DNA of 61,023 nucleotides, counting the filler, from Stramenopiles sp. TOSAG23-3 (taxonomy: Eukaryota): NCBI GenBank assembly GCA_900128585.1. It is 14 parts of 14 records of this genome, joined end to end, with 100 filler letters (N's around TTAATTAATTAA, not from the genome) between each part and the next. Parts side by side here need not be neighbours in the genome. Positions count along the whole stretch, not along the records: positions 39,352 to 43,609 come from LT643892.1; positions 43,710 to 47,967 come from LT643893.1; positions 48,068 to 52,321 come from LT643894.1; 11 more parts are not named here. One strand, 5' to 3'. The translations under genes and the position numbers were made by a program. Below, one piece after another: positions 39,635 to 50,613 of the stretch. Position 1 is the stretch's first letter; every line of letters begins with the position of its first letter. The notes beneath the pieces were generated by a model. That model ran no database searches. It was not told the origin of the DNA and saw only the letters and a program-made list of their open reading frames with translations.

Positions 39635-42600
39635 TCATACACTACCGGTTTTGTCCCTGGTTTCTTCCTCTTTTACAGCATCTTCGCTTTCTTTCTCGAC
39701 TAAAAATGGGCTACAATATTCTCTTGTACCATCCTCAAAACGAATTAAATACCACCCCGTTTTTGAGTTCTGTTCTTCAATGTTCCCAACATAAAAGTTG
39801 CCGTCCCAGCCATACACAGTCGCTAGAACTTTTGTTCCCACATCTAGCCTATTTCCCGTCACAGGATCCCAGGGTGCTGCAGAAACATGGGACGCTGGGC
39901 ACTCGTGAACCTTGTAATCGTCTTCAAAAAAGATCCTGCATTCTCCAGTAACACGGTCTTGATAAACAACCAGTCCGTAATACGCTCCGTCAAATTGTTC
40001 TAAATAAGCCTGTACGCGAGAATTGACAGAAAAATTAGCAAACTTGTATGAAAATTCGGCCGTCCCTCCCACCATTTTCTCAATATTCTCCTGCACGTGG
40101 TCAAAAAACGAAACCATGATGGCATGAAGACCGCTTTGGAGGGCAAAAGCATGCCGTTCTTGGGACTTCAACAACATTCCGTAGGCAATGTAATTTAACA
40201 ATTCGGATTTGCTAATGCTTCCGTCATTGCCACCGTCAATTTGATGTATCATACTTCGAAAATTTTCTTCCGTAATGTCGTCCCTTTCTAACGTTTCTCC
40301 AAGAAGCGATTTAGCCTGGAAGGGGTTCAATTCTCCTGAGTTCTCTTGGTCGTATTCCAGCCAAATAGAATCCAAGTATTTTGATATTAAAACTTTGTTG
40401 TTTTCTAGCTCCTCTTCCCTGTCGGCCAATGCAGCTATATTCTTCTGCACGTGCTCAAAAAATGAAACCATTATGGCTTGAAGAGGGCCCCGGAGACCGT
40501 ACTCATGCCTTTGGTGTGCATTCATCAATGTTCCATGGGCAATATATTGCAGCAGTTCAGATTTACTAACGCTACCGTCACTGTCTCCATCTATTTGATG
40601 TATCATGGTTTGAATATTTTCCTCTGAAATATCGTCCCTTTCTAACGTTTTTTCAAGAAACAACTTAGCCTGGAAGGGGTTTAATTCTCCTGTATTCTCT
40701 TCGTCATAATATATCCAAATGGAGTCTAAGTATTTGGCTATCCAAACTCTGCTCTTGTTCAGTTCATCCATGTTCACAGGTTGTCTTGATTTAGAAGAAA
40801 AACTCTTCAGTTCAGACGCGATACCATCAAAAAACTTTAATAGAACTTCCTGGGTCGGATCCCCGGATGATTTAAATCTCTTCTTGTCCACGTTTGAGAG
40901 AGTAAGGCCGTGAGTGATAAAGTTCACCAGCTCCCCTCTGTCGATTGAGGCATTGCCGTCACTGTCAATAAATTTTAATATTTTTGTGCATTCTTCAACG
41001 CTCATATCTTCTCCGGAAACAGAACTTATTAATTCTGCCATTTCTGTTGCGCCTAGTTCTCCCGCAAGGTTGTCATGGAACTTTAACCACAAATACTCAA
41101 CAAAAGGGACAATAAAACCTTGGTAATAAAGTTTTCGAGCCTGTAGCCACCTCCGAACACGCTTTCCAAAAAGTATACGAGCCATGGTCTGTTTCATATA
41201 CTTAATAGCAGCGAGTCTCTGAAACATGAGTGCTTCTACAAAAGTAGCTTTCGGGTGCTGCACCACCACTCTTTGCAACGGCTCCCAATCATCACGAATT
41301 TTATACAAGATATCACCTCCAAAAACTTGCAAGATTTTGTTGTCGGAAATGGTTTCCACTGCGTAGATGCCATCCAAATTAAAAAATCTTTTTATAACAG
41401 CAATGGCTAGGCCGTCAGTTTTTCCGTGCCTCTGCGACAGAGCCACACGAGTCCCGACTTCAAAACTTTGGCTATGCTCCGCTCGAATGTCTTCCAAATA
41501 ACTGCAGTGCAGCTTCGTCATGTCGTCATTAAATTGTACATAGAAATCGTCTTTGTCGGAATAGTCCACAACAAATCCTCTCTTGTCTTTAAAGTACCAT
41601 TCTGGCGCCGATGACGTAGCTTTTACTCCCGAGCCTTCTTTTATTGAATACCGCCGTCTAATGCGATATCCTTTTACATCATCAACAACACGATCCCCAT
41701 CCTTTAATTTAATAGAATAGTAGTCCTCTTCGCCTTGTTCTTTCACATCGAGAATTACGCCCGGTTTGGGCTGTTCCCTGTAATCAAAAGTAACATCTAC
41801 ATCATCTCCCACATTTAAATCTCGAGGAATGTGCGGCTTAAGTTGGTCAAAGGTTAAACGATGGTACAGTTCCCCATCGTCTAAGAGTACATCGTACGTG
41901 AAGTCTGGATCAATCTTATAAATTGTCCCTGGAAAAAAATCTTGCCAATCGTGAGATGTCATCTCACACCTATCTCCCACTCTGTAAATTATTTGGGGGT
42001 TTTCTCGAATTCGATCCGCATGAAAAACTTTTGTGGGGCCATGATCCATTTTGATGAGGAATCTACTCGAACCCTTCCTTTTCACAATGTTTCCTGGGAA
42101 GAATTTTTGGAAAGCGAATGTTTCGGAATAAATTGTATGTTTCCAAAGGTAGTTTCTGGTGTAATAACCCCTCCAGAACGATTGAATGGCAAGTACCGAG
42201 CCTATTCTTTTTTTTACATGTTTTCTTAGCTGGGTCTGAGCCACAATTACAAGTTCTAAAAATTTCTGGTACTTTCCTTTGAAATATTTCATTCGTACTA
42301 TACTTTGAAACTTTGTTATTGCGATCCGTGCTGGCGAGTAAAATGAGCAGTGCCAGAATTTCCTGTAAAATTGCCTTCTATGAATGCTGCTTTGTAACTT
42401 TATGTTGCGTGCTATTTTCCTCCTTGCAAAGACGCCTCGAAACAACGATTGCAGTGTAACGAGAGAGTTTTGATGCAGCGGGACTAACCAAAACAGTTTC
42501 TCAGACATTTTTATCAACGACCCCTTTAATGTGTTTGCAAACTTTCGGGCCACGTAAGCACGAAAACATTTTTGAATTAAAACAGCCATTTGGTTCAACT

Positions 42601-43609
42601 TCACTTCCCTTTTCTGTGCCCTTTTTAGAGCTCGCGTTTTTGCACGTTTTCGATTTGCATCTACTAGAACATAATTGTGAAGGTTGGCGCGAACTATGTA
42701 TCCCCGGATGAATGATTGGAATAAAATCATCTTACGGCGCCGTCCTGTATATTGAGATTTGGCGAGCATCATTCTGAACCATGCTTGAATAAGTATTGCA
42801 CAACTTTCTCTCCTTTTGTTGCCATGAATCTCTTCTTCTGGATGAAAAACTGCCTGTCCCAGCCTTGGCGTATTTTTTTCCCATTTTTGAAAATATTTCG
42901 TCTCTTGTTTCCTACTGAGCCACGACACAATTTTTTTCGCGGCGGCTTTTTTATTTTTCTGCAACACTAAGGCATTGTAACCTCTAGCAGCGCCTTCTTG
43001 TTTCTTCAAAGCTACCTTTCCGTACAATGTCTTAAGTCTCTTATAATAGTTTGAAAGTGCTACTCGACTTTTGTGGCCACGATAATGTTTCTGGAAAAAT
43101 GTGGCAATATGTGAGGCAACATGTTTCCATTTCAAGTACTGGCGCCTGGCTGTAAACAAGCGCATCTGCGTCTGGATCATCAACACGCTCTGCACTACTT
43201 TCTTGAGCCGCCTTTGCATCAAAGACTGAATCAACAGGATGCTCCTTATCACTTTTTTGAAAATCGCCCTTGCTGTCACGGCTCGCTGGAGGGCCTGCAG
43301 TGAGACAGATAATTTAATCATGGACGCGATTCTTGCACGACCCTCAGATCTCTCCGAACAAAATGAGACTATATTTCGCACGTAATTTTTGTGGGGGAAA
43401 TACTTGATTCTATCGAAGACCTGACGAGAGTTAGAAATTTCATCGCCCTTAGCGTCGAATGATAAGGCCGACAGTGGAACTGATGTGAAACATCTTCCGC
43501 TATCTAGGCGTATGTCGAATCGGGGTATGCCTGGGTGGTCACTATGCTCAATCTTTTCCAGTTGCCCCGCAAAACCTTCCCGAACTTCAAGTGTATCGCT
43601 AATACCCCG
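39635..43609 (-). CDS. Multi-IQ + Tudor/SH3-like repeats + EF-hand protein, 5'-truncated
   Basis: IQ motifs (FQKHYRGHKSR, IQAWFRM, FQSFIRGYIVR, IQKCFRAYVAR, IQSFWRGYYTR); Tudor-like VGDRC..FFPGTI..YDVLLDDGE; EF loops DSDGNASIDRGE and DGDSDGSVSKSE; no stop between 43381 and the contig end. Confidence 0.8.
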   Translation of the reverse strand, partial: RGISDTLEVREGFAGQLEKIEHSDHPGIPRFDIRLDSGRCFTSVPLSALSFDAKGDEISNSRQVFDRIKYFPHKNYVRNIVSFCSERSEGRARIASMIKLSVSLQALQRAVTARAIFKKVIRSILLIQSLMQRRLKKVVQSVLMIQTQMRLFTARRQYLKWKHVASHIATFFQKHYRGHKSRVALSNYYKRLKTLYGKVALKKQEGAARGYNALVLQKNKKAAAKKIVSWLSRKQETKYFQKWEKNTPRLGQAVFHPEEEIHGNKRRESCAILIQAWFRMMLAKSQYTGRRRKMILFQSFIRGYIVRANLHNYVLVDANRKRAKTRALKRAQKREVKLNQMAVLIQKCFRAYVARKFANTLKGSLIKMSEKLFWLVPLHQNSLVTLQSLFRGVFARRKIARNIKLQSSIHRRQFYRKFWHCSFYSPARIAITKFQSIVRMKYFKGKYQKFLELVIVAQTQLRKHVKKRIGSVLAIQSFWRGYYTRNYLWKHTIYSETFAFQKFFPGNIVKRKGSSRFLIKMDHGPTKVFHADRIRENPQIIYRVGDRCEMTSHDWQDFFPGTIYKIDPDFTYDVLLDDGELYHRLTFDQLKPHIPRDLNVGDDVDVTFDYREQPKPGVILDVKEQGEEDYYSIKLKDGDRVVDDVKGYRIRRRYSIKEGSGVKATSSAPEWYFKDKRGFVVDYSDKDDFYVQFNDDMTKLHCSYLEDIRAEHSQSFEVGTRVALSQRHGKTDGLAIAVIKRFFNLDGIYAVETISDNKILQVFGGDILYKIRDDWEPLQRVVVQHPKATFVEALMFQRLAAIKYMKQTMARILFGKRVRRWLQARKLYYQGFIVPFVEYLWLKFHDNLAGELGATEMAELISSVSGEDMSVEECTKILKFIDSDGNASIDRGELVNFITHGLTLSNVDKKRFKSSGDPTQEVLLKFFDGIASELKSFSSKSRQPVNMDELNKSRVWIAKYLDSIWIYYDEENTGELNPFQAKLFLEKTLERDDISEENIQTMIHQIDGDSDGSVSKSELLQYIAHGTLMNAHQRHEYGLRGPLQAIMVSFFEHVQKNIAALADREEELENNKVLISKYLDSIWLEYDQENSGELNPFQAKSLLGETLERDDITEENFRSMIHQIDGGNDGSISKSELLNYIAYGMLLKSQERHAFALQSGLHAIMVSFFDHVQENIEKMVGGTAEFSYKFANFSVNSRVQAYLEQFDGAYYGLVVYQDRVTGECRIFFEDDYKVHECPASHVSAAPWDPVTGNRLDVGTKVLATVYGWDGNFYVGNIEEQNSKTGWYLIRFEDGTREYCSPFLVEKESEDAVKEEETRDKTGSV

Positions 43610-43709
43610 NNNNNNNNNNNNNNNNNNNNNNNNNNNNNNNNNNNNNNNNNNNNTTAATTAATTAANNNNNNNNNNNNNNNNNNNNNNNNNNNNNNNNNNN
43701 NNNNNNNNN
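43610..43709. other. Artificial contig spacer
   Basis: 44N-TTAATTAATTAA-44N. Confidence 0.99.
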
Positions 43710-43710
43710 A

Positions 43711-44937
43711 CTGGTTCCGATGCTGAAACATACCATCTACTTGAGGGGAGATTTTATTATGAGAGAGGGCGAGTTCGGCGAAGAGATGTACTTTATAACA
43801 AATGGCAGCTGCCTGGTCTCCCTGAAAGGCAAGCGCATTGCGATCATGGAACGCGGTTCCAACTTCGGCGAAATCGCGCTGATCACCAAAACCGAACGGA
43901 CCGCATCCGTGCATGCGTTGACAAACGTCACCCTGTATTCGCTCCACAAATCTTCTGTCGCGGAGCTGGAGTCGCATTTCCCCCATGTACTAAAGGATTC
44001 AATCGGGCAATATTTGGAAAAGCACAATTTGGTGTTCGCGAAGTCTCCCACCCGCATGGGTAGTGACAATGGAAAAAAGAGAAAAGACAGCGGCATACAT
44101 TTGGTTTCTGAAGAAGAAACCTTTGCGAGGCGGAGGGCAAGTGTTCTTGAGGATGATAACAAGAAAAGTACAGATAGTCCTGCGGATGGAAAAGGTGGAA
44201 CTAACTCAAACATGCAGGCCGTCTACTCTCCAACTAATGGCAACGGCTCCCCTGGGTTTCGCGTTGGAAAAGTGAACAGCGAAGTGTTCGGCAAAACATC
44301 TCCAGTAAACAGCATCCAAGATAGCCAGCACAGCTATGCGGAAATACAAAGGTCCAACTCTGCGTTTTCTAACACCAGCCGGGACTTGCCAGAGTCTTAC
44401 GAAGAAAATATGAAGAAATTCATCGCCTCCGAAATCAAGAGTTCCATGGTTGCCTTTATGAAAGAGTTCATGAATCAGCAGAAAGGCGCAACGCCGCCCC
44501 TGTCGAGAGAGTCGCCGAAGGACCTAGATCAAAGCAGCGACGACTCTGATTCAAGCAACGAGGCATCCGAAGAGGAGAGTGGGGCGCCATCAGAAGACAG
44601 TAGACGAGGGGCTGAGAAAATGACAAAAAATGCTTTGAAGACTCCCCCAATGTTGCGCATTGATACACAACAACAAAGCAGCAATAACCAACGCGAGCCG
44701 TCCGTGGACGGCACCCCGGAGGAAAAGGGGGACGAGACAGTAATCCCCGAGGCGAAACTAGACGACCACAACAGAATCGCAGAAAACAAGTGGGATTCAA
44801 AAGCGTGGAGAAAGCAGAAATTGCTTCAGAAACGCTTGCAATTGATGGCTGGAAACCAGCACACTCCTGTCGTTACCAATTCATCGAAAGGTGGGAAGAA
44901 ACCCCCAAGTTCGTATATTGTTGCGGCGAAAAAATAA
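43711..44937 (+). CDS. C-terminal fragment with cyclic-nucleotide-binding domain (probably a CNG/HCN/EAG-type channel)
   Basis: GDFIMREGEFGEEMYFITNG..GSNFGEIAL..RTASV; frame open from contig start. Confidence 0.8.
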   Translation: MVPMLKHTIYLRGDFIMREGEFGEEMYFITNGSCLVSLKGKRIAIMERGSNFGEIALITKTERTASVHALTNVTLYSLHKSSVAELESHFPHVLKDSIGQYLEKHNLVFAKSPTRMGSDNGKKRKDSGIHLVSEEETFARRRASVLEDDNKKSTDSPADGKGGTNSNMQAVYSPTNGNGSPGFRVGKVNSEVFGKTSPVNSIQDSQHSYAEIQRSNSAFSNTSRDLPESYEENMKKFIASEIKSSMVAFMKEFMNQQKGATPPLSRESPKDLDQSSDDSDSSNEASEEESGAPSEDSRRGAEKMTKNALKTPPMLRIDTQQQSSNNQREPSVDGTPEEKGDETVIPEAKLDDHNRIAENKWDSKAWRKQKLLQKRLQLMAGNQHTPVVTNSSKGGKKPPSSYIVAAKK

Positions 44938-45472
44938 AGGAGTAGTATAATTTAAGAAGAAAAAACTTTCCCGTTTTCAGACCCTCCTACAGCAACACAC
45001 CATCATTATTTTATTCTTCTTCTGGTTTCTTCTTTTTTTTTTCAAATTATTGTTTTTTTATCAATAATAATAATTAAAAAAACAATAAAAATTCGAATTT
45101 AAAACATATGCTATTGCCTGTAATAGAACGTCCAACAACTAAAAATAAATTTTATTATTATTATTATTATCGGCGCTTGCTTCACATCATCAATTATTAT
45201 TAGACTATTCTCCTCTGTAGTTAGTCGTCTACCTCCATATACACATCTATTATTATTATAACAACAACAAAAAATATGATGCTCCCCCTTCTTTCCTTTT
45301 GATCGATCGATTTCAAATTGGTAAGAGAAGTGTGTGGTTCAAGAAGAGAAAGTTTCTTTCTTTGCCTTCAATGCTACTCGTGTGGACACTTTTTGCCGTG
45401 TTTTTTGAAAAATATGTATTGCGGTAGACGAGCAATCAGCACGTTCTCTTTTGTTGGGAAGAAAGAAAGAAA

Positions 45473-46901
45473 ATGAACGAGTCAGCTACGTCCGTCGACG
45501 GAAACGAACCGGGGACGGAGAAAGCGGACGTTGACAAGCTGTCCCCTCAAGCGTTAAACTTTCAGTCCCCCCTTAGAGCGGTGTCTCCAGTTTTTGGTAG
45601 CCCTGGTCACATACAAGCCGCTCTCTCCCAGGCCGCATCGCCGATCAATAATTCCACTTTCAGCGCAAATTTACGTGCTCTGATCGGCGAAGATGAAACG
45701 TTGGGTGCTCCCGAGAAGCCGTCCGTTACAGAGCTGGCGGACGAGATTGCTCGGTTACGGGGCGAGTTTCAAGCCCAAACAGATGCACTGGCGTTAAAGG
45801 TTAGCACGTGGAGATCGAAGGACCAACGAGATCGTTACAGAGATAGAGAACTCCTCCTAAGTGCTATTAGGAAAAGTGCGACAAAGCTAAAGGAGTCGGT
45901 GGCGCAAATGAGCAGTAGTAACGTTCAGTCCTTCGTTGGTAACCCGGCCGCTGCTAGCTCCAAAGCCGAGCCTTCTTCTAGTGAGGAAGCCTCAAACAGT
46001 TTTTTGAAATCAAAAATAGAGGTACGTTTACCGATGACTGCACCGCCCCTTCCCTTTAACACTTGCTAATGATGAAAATGCCGCGTTTTTTTCTGGGTCT
46101 TGTGTCCTCCGCATTTCTGTCTCTCCGCTCCAAAGTCTAATCTGCTTCTACTTGTGCGTCGCCCTTGCTATTTTTTCGTTTGTTTCTCCTGTCAAACCAG
46201 CGGCCATCAACTAACACAACTCCCTTTACTGCACCTAACAGGACTCAATGGACAAGATCAATTCGAATTCAAAGCAAACCGCGGAGTTGAACGCGGGCGT
46301 CAAGACAATGTCACTGAAGCAAAAAGAGCAGACCACGCTATTAGGAAGAATGGAAGACACCATCGCGATCATTGAAGGCCAGGTTCAAGCCGTTGCTGAG
46401 AAGGCCGTGTCCATCGAGGCGTTCACGCAGTTGGAGAATAGGCTGCAGCAATCGGAACAACGAGAACAGGTGCTTCGATCGGACATAAAAAAATTGACCC
46501 AACTTTTTGAAGAGCTTTCTAAAAGCGAGCAGTTGCAGATGAATTCCACGACAGAAATTATGAACGATGTGAGGGAGTGGCGGTCGGAGGTGAACAATAA
46601 ATTGAGTGAAGTCGATGAAAAAATAGCATTTATTAGTAGCCGCCAGAATTCGTTGCGGCAGGAAACTAGTCGCGAGCGTCATGTTGGCCAACGATCGTCC
46701 CAGTCGTTGTCCCAAAGCGTTCACATTGTCGAAGAGGACATAAGGGACGTAAAACGGCAGTTAACGCAAGCAGTGTCGCTGTTCAGGAAGCATAACAAAA
46801 AAATAGCAAAAGAGGCACAACCCGAGGACGGCGACGACATCGGAGAAATGTTTCGAACGTCCGTCGTTAAAGATATATCAACCACTCTTTTTGGAGAATA
46901 A
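45473..46901 (+). CDS. Two-exon coiled-coil protein (exons 45473-46021 and 46242-46901; 402 aa)
   Basis: Phase-0 donor GAG/GTACGT at 46022, CTAAC branch-like sites, acceptor CTAACAG ending 46241; splicing joins the two track ORFs in frame. Confidence 0.75.
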
Positions 46902-47481
46902 AACCAATTGAGTCGAGACGCGGAGCGGCAAGTGTCGTAACTACAACTGGTGGGAAAGCGGCCTCGGTTATTTTCTACAGTCCGCCCATACAATCCCCCT
47001 CCCGTTGTAATTTAAAAAAAGATCCCGTGTAGTAAACTGTTGTTACACCTCGCACAAAAATTTACACACGCGCACGTAATGAAAAACAGCAAAGAACAAA
47101 TAATATTTTCATTTATAATTCTAATCAACAAATATGATGACTTATTTACAAGTCGTAAGAAAGGTCTCTAATGATAAATATAATATTATAAAAAGTATTA
47201 TGCTGCTATTACAATATTAATATTATACTATTACCATGATATATCGTAGTGCTGAGTAGTGCTATCTTATTATACCAAAATTATTAAGAACAACAGGAAT
47301 GGAGGAACCACAAACAAGTATAATTATTAAATAAAATACACATTTTGTTTCATTATAATATAGAATAATAAATAAGTTTATATCCTATAAATCTTATAGA
47401 TTTTCATATAACATTTAATTTATCGAATTTGCTTTCGGATTGCGACAAAAGAGCAAAAAGACTTGCGAACTCTCAATAAAC

Positions 47482-47967
47482 TTACAACCGCATGCCTTTG
47501 GACAAATCCTTGACTGGGACTTGTATCGGGCTGTCGAACGAAGGGGTCTCTACCGGGATCATCGTATAGTCCATCCCCAAAGAGCCGGCAATGGAGGCGT
47601 AGCAAACCCTTGCCCGGCGGCCCGACGCCGCGGAAGTTACCGGAAGTATTTCAATTACTTTGGTGTTTTTGTTTCCCCACACTATATTCGTCAACCCTCC
47701 CCCGTGCGCCCCTATGATCATCTCGGCCTTGTTGAACATCATGTACTGGCTGATCAGACTATATTTTCTAGAATCATCGAACAGGACAAGCTGCTGGTTG
47801 GTTTTCAGTCCGCTGCGGATGGTTTCTACAACTTCGTCGAAATTTTCCATTTGGCGGCTTGAATTTCTCTTTACAAGGACGACCACGCCCGGGACAGCGG
47901 CCGCCCCGTCGCCCGCGGGCGCGGGCAACGACGGGTAGGGCTTCTTCGGGAACAGGATGTAATGAAG
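47482..47967 (-). CDS. Glycosyltransferase family 61 (DUF563) C-terminal fragment
   Basis: QYMMFNKAEMIIGAHGGGLTNIVW..KVIEI..YASIAGSLGMDY; frame open to contig end. Confidence 0.8.
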   Translation of the reverse strand, partial: LHYILFPKKPYPSLPAPAGDGAAAVPGVVVLVKRNSSRQMENFDEVVETIRSGLKTNQQLVLFDDSRKYSLISQYMMFNKAEMIIGAHGGGLTNIVWGNKNTKVIEILPVTSAASGRRARVCYASIAGSLGMDYTMIPVETPSFDSPIQVPVKDLSKGMRL

Positions 47968-48067
47968 NNNNNNNNNNNNNNNNNNNNNNNNNNNNNNNNN
48001 NNNNNNNNNNNTTAATTAATTAANNNNNNNNNNNNNNNNNNNNNNNNNNNNNNNNNNNNNNNNNNNN
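47968..48067. other. Artificial contig spacer (followed by (TTTC)n)
   Basis: 44N-TTAATTAATTAA-44N. Confidence 0.99.
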
Positions 48068-48069
48068 TT

Positions 48070-48129
<60 letters not shown>

Positions 48130-48531
48130 TTCGTACCCTATTTTTAACAACTATTTATTGAATCATTTCAGCACGTTGTTGTTTTTTTTCTTTCCTCTCC
48201 CCCTCTCTCTCTCTCCTCCTCTTCTTCTTCTTCTTCCTCTCTCTCTCTCAGCTTTTCCTTCTTCTTCTTCTTCTTGTATTGGCCGGTGGTACGGGTACCG
48301 TACGGTGTACAGGAACAACAGGTAAAAAACGAATGTGGTCACAAGCACAACAAGAAGAAAGACAAAAGCGAAAGGTGATTTGTATATATTCAAACACAGA
48401 ACAAGAGTGGTGTCGTTAAGAAAGCCAGAGGAAATGAATAAAATGCGCATAGTAAGCATTGACATTAAAGCTTAAACGTATTTATAAACATTATCACGTG
48501 ACAGATACATATATATATTGAAACGTCCGAA

Positions 48532-50133
48532 ATGAAACTCTTTGCTTTTGCAATGGCGGCAGTTGCTGTGGCTGCAGGCGTCACCCCGGCCGTGGGGGAA
48601 AACATAACCGTGATTCAAACGGCCGAGACCATCCCGTCGAAGGCAAAACCAGACAGGCTTGCAAAGTACTCCGTTCCTGTTCAATCCAGCCCAAAGTCGG
48701 GGGTAATGACGCTGGACATTGACGTCACAAAGAAATTCCAAACCATCAAAGGCTTTGGTGGAGCGTTTACCGACAGTGTGGCCCACGTGTTCGCACAGCT
48801 TAAGCCAGAGCTGCAAGAAGAAGTTCTGGAGTCCATGTGGGGGAAGACGGGCCAGAAGTACAATTTGGCGCGGTTGACCATCGGCGCGACCGATTTTTCC
48901 GTCGATGTATACAACTACAACGAAAACCCGCTGAACTTTAACCAGAGCTTGTTTTCTATCAAGCACGACAAGGATAAGATTATCCCCCTTATTTTGAAGG
49001 CGGAGCAAAAGTCGAAAGAAGCCTCCCCAGGCGAACAGCTCGAATACCTGTCCACGAGTTGGTCGCCCCCGGGGTGGATGAAGCGCGCGTGGCTAGCAGA
49101 CAAAGGGTACATGCGTAACTCCGCCAAGCCGGGCATGATCGATTCGCCCGATATGTACGAGTCGTACGCATTGTACCTTTCCAAGTACCTTTCCGCCTAC
49201 AAAGCAGCCGGGGTGAACATTTCCATGATGACAATTCAAAACGAGCCGGACAGTGCCGACCACATGTTCCCAGTTGCGTACCCGGCCAACAATTTCAACG
49301 GAACGGGCGAAGGGGAGTTTTTGCTCAACTATTTGGGCCCGAAAATCCGCAAGGATCACCCAGACGTGAAAATATACATCCACGACGGGCAAAAGTTCCA
49401 CGATGTCCCGATATTGACGAGAGTTGACGAAATCATCAAGGCAGCCGGGGGAGACTTCAAGTACATCGACGGGGTCGCGTTTCATTGGTATGGAAACAAT
49501 TGCGACAACTACCAATATTTAGCACAGTTGAACGAGAAATATCCAAACCTTTCCTTGATGGCCACGGAAGCGACGCTGGAAGCGCCAGGAGCGCAACACT
49601 TAGGAACAACGCCTTGGAAGCAGGCACAAAAGTACGCCACCGATATCATTGGTGATCTGAACGAAAACACGGAAGGATGGATCGAGTGGAATGTCCTCCT
49701 CGACAGCAGTGGAGGCCCCACGTGCATCGGCCCGACGAGCAATGAGTTCTGCACACCATTGGCAGGGCACTGTGACGCCCCGATCCTGGCCGACTTGAAG
49801 AAGCAGACATTGGAGTACCGCGACTCGTTCTGGATCATGGCGCATTTTTCGCGCTTTATTCCGCGAGGGTCTGTGCGCGTGGCCGCCTCTAACGATACCG
49901 CCACTGGTCTGTGGTACACTGCCGCCGTCACTCCTGACGAGGAGCTGATCGTAGTAGTATCAAACCCCCAGGACAACAACCTGGAACATTACCAGCTGAA
50001 AATAGGCAACCAGTATGTTCACATGAACATCCATTCGCACAGTATTCAGACCGTTCAATTCCCATTGAAATCATCCCAGAAAGTTAAAGCAGTAGAAAAA
50101 GACCAAGTCAACGGCAAAACTGCGCTGAAGTAA
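48532..50133 (+). CDS. GBA: Glucosylceramidase, glycoside hydrolase family 30
   Basis: Signal peptide; FQTIKGFGGAFTDS, IGATDFS, WSPPGWMK, TIQNEP (acid/base), AFHWY, MATEA (nucleophile), AHFSRFIPRGSVRV. Confidence 0.93.
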   Translation: MKLFAFAMAAVAVAAGVTPAVGENITVIQTAETIPSKAKPDRLAKYSVPVQSSPKSGVMTLDIDVTKKFQTIKGFGGAFTDSVAHVFAQLKPELQEEVLESMWGKTGQKYNLARLTIGATDFSVDVYNYNENPLNFNQSLFSIKHDKDKIIPLILKAEQKSKEASPGEQLEYLSTSWSPPGWMKRAWLADKGYMRNSAKPGMIDSPDMYESYALYLSKYLSAYKAAGVNISMMTIQNEPDSADHMFPVAYPANNFNGTGEGEFLLNYLGPKIRKDHPDVKIYIHDGQKFHDVPILTRVDEIIKAAGGDFKYIDGVAFHWYGNNCDNYQYLAQLNEKYPNLSLMATEATLEAPGAQHLGTTPWKQAQKYATDIIGDLNENTEGWIEWNVLLDSSGGPTCIGPTSNEFCTPLAGHCDAPILADLKKQTLEYRDSFWIMAHFSRFIPRGSVRVAASNDTATGLWYTAAVTPDEELIVVVSNPQDNNLEHYQLKIGNQYVHMNIHSHSIQTVQFPLKSSQKVKAVEKDQVNGKTALK

Positions 50134-50221
50134 ATATTCTGTTGACACGGAGGGAGGCCAGAGTCCGTCCTCGTTGCTGTGTTATTAAGAAAAGTGAGTG
50201 CTTGTGTGTAATAAATTTACC

Positions 50222-50330
50222 AGGAATGTAAACCTTTAATAGATAAAAGGAGCAGATTCATTTTCGCGGGACATGAGAAAGCTAATTTTTAAATTTTACT
50301 TTTAAACAACAGCCCATTTTTCGTTTTTTA
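50222..50330 (+). repeat. Dispersed repeat family copy
   Basis: Near-identical to 39354-39460. Confidence 0.9.
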
Positions 50331-50613
50331 AAGAGATCTTATTTTTAGCTTTTATCCTCAACATTATGATAGATTTACCGGTAAGAATTCTCAAGTTAAT
50401 TTCGTATTTCGTGTCTTTTTATTATGGCTTGAGGAGCTTTTAACTTTGTTGTTTCGTACGCCTGGCACGCACCACGATCGTGAGCAGTCGGCCGCATGGG
50501 GATCAATAGGAAGGAAAAGTTTTACCCACATCATGCAACTTCTATCGTAGCGGCCAACCGCCAACTACGCCGGTCTCACGACGGTGCAAAGTGCCGCGCC
50601 GGTCTACCCGAGC

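Noticed and set aside
39635..43609. Myosin call for the IQ-rich protein
   Set aside because: No motor-domain motifs are visible in the available sequence
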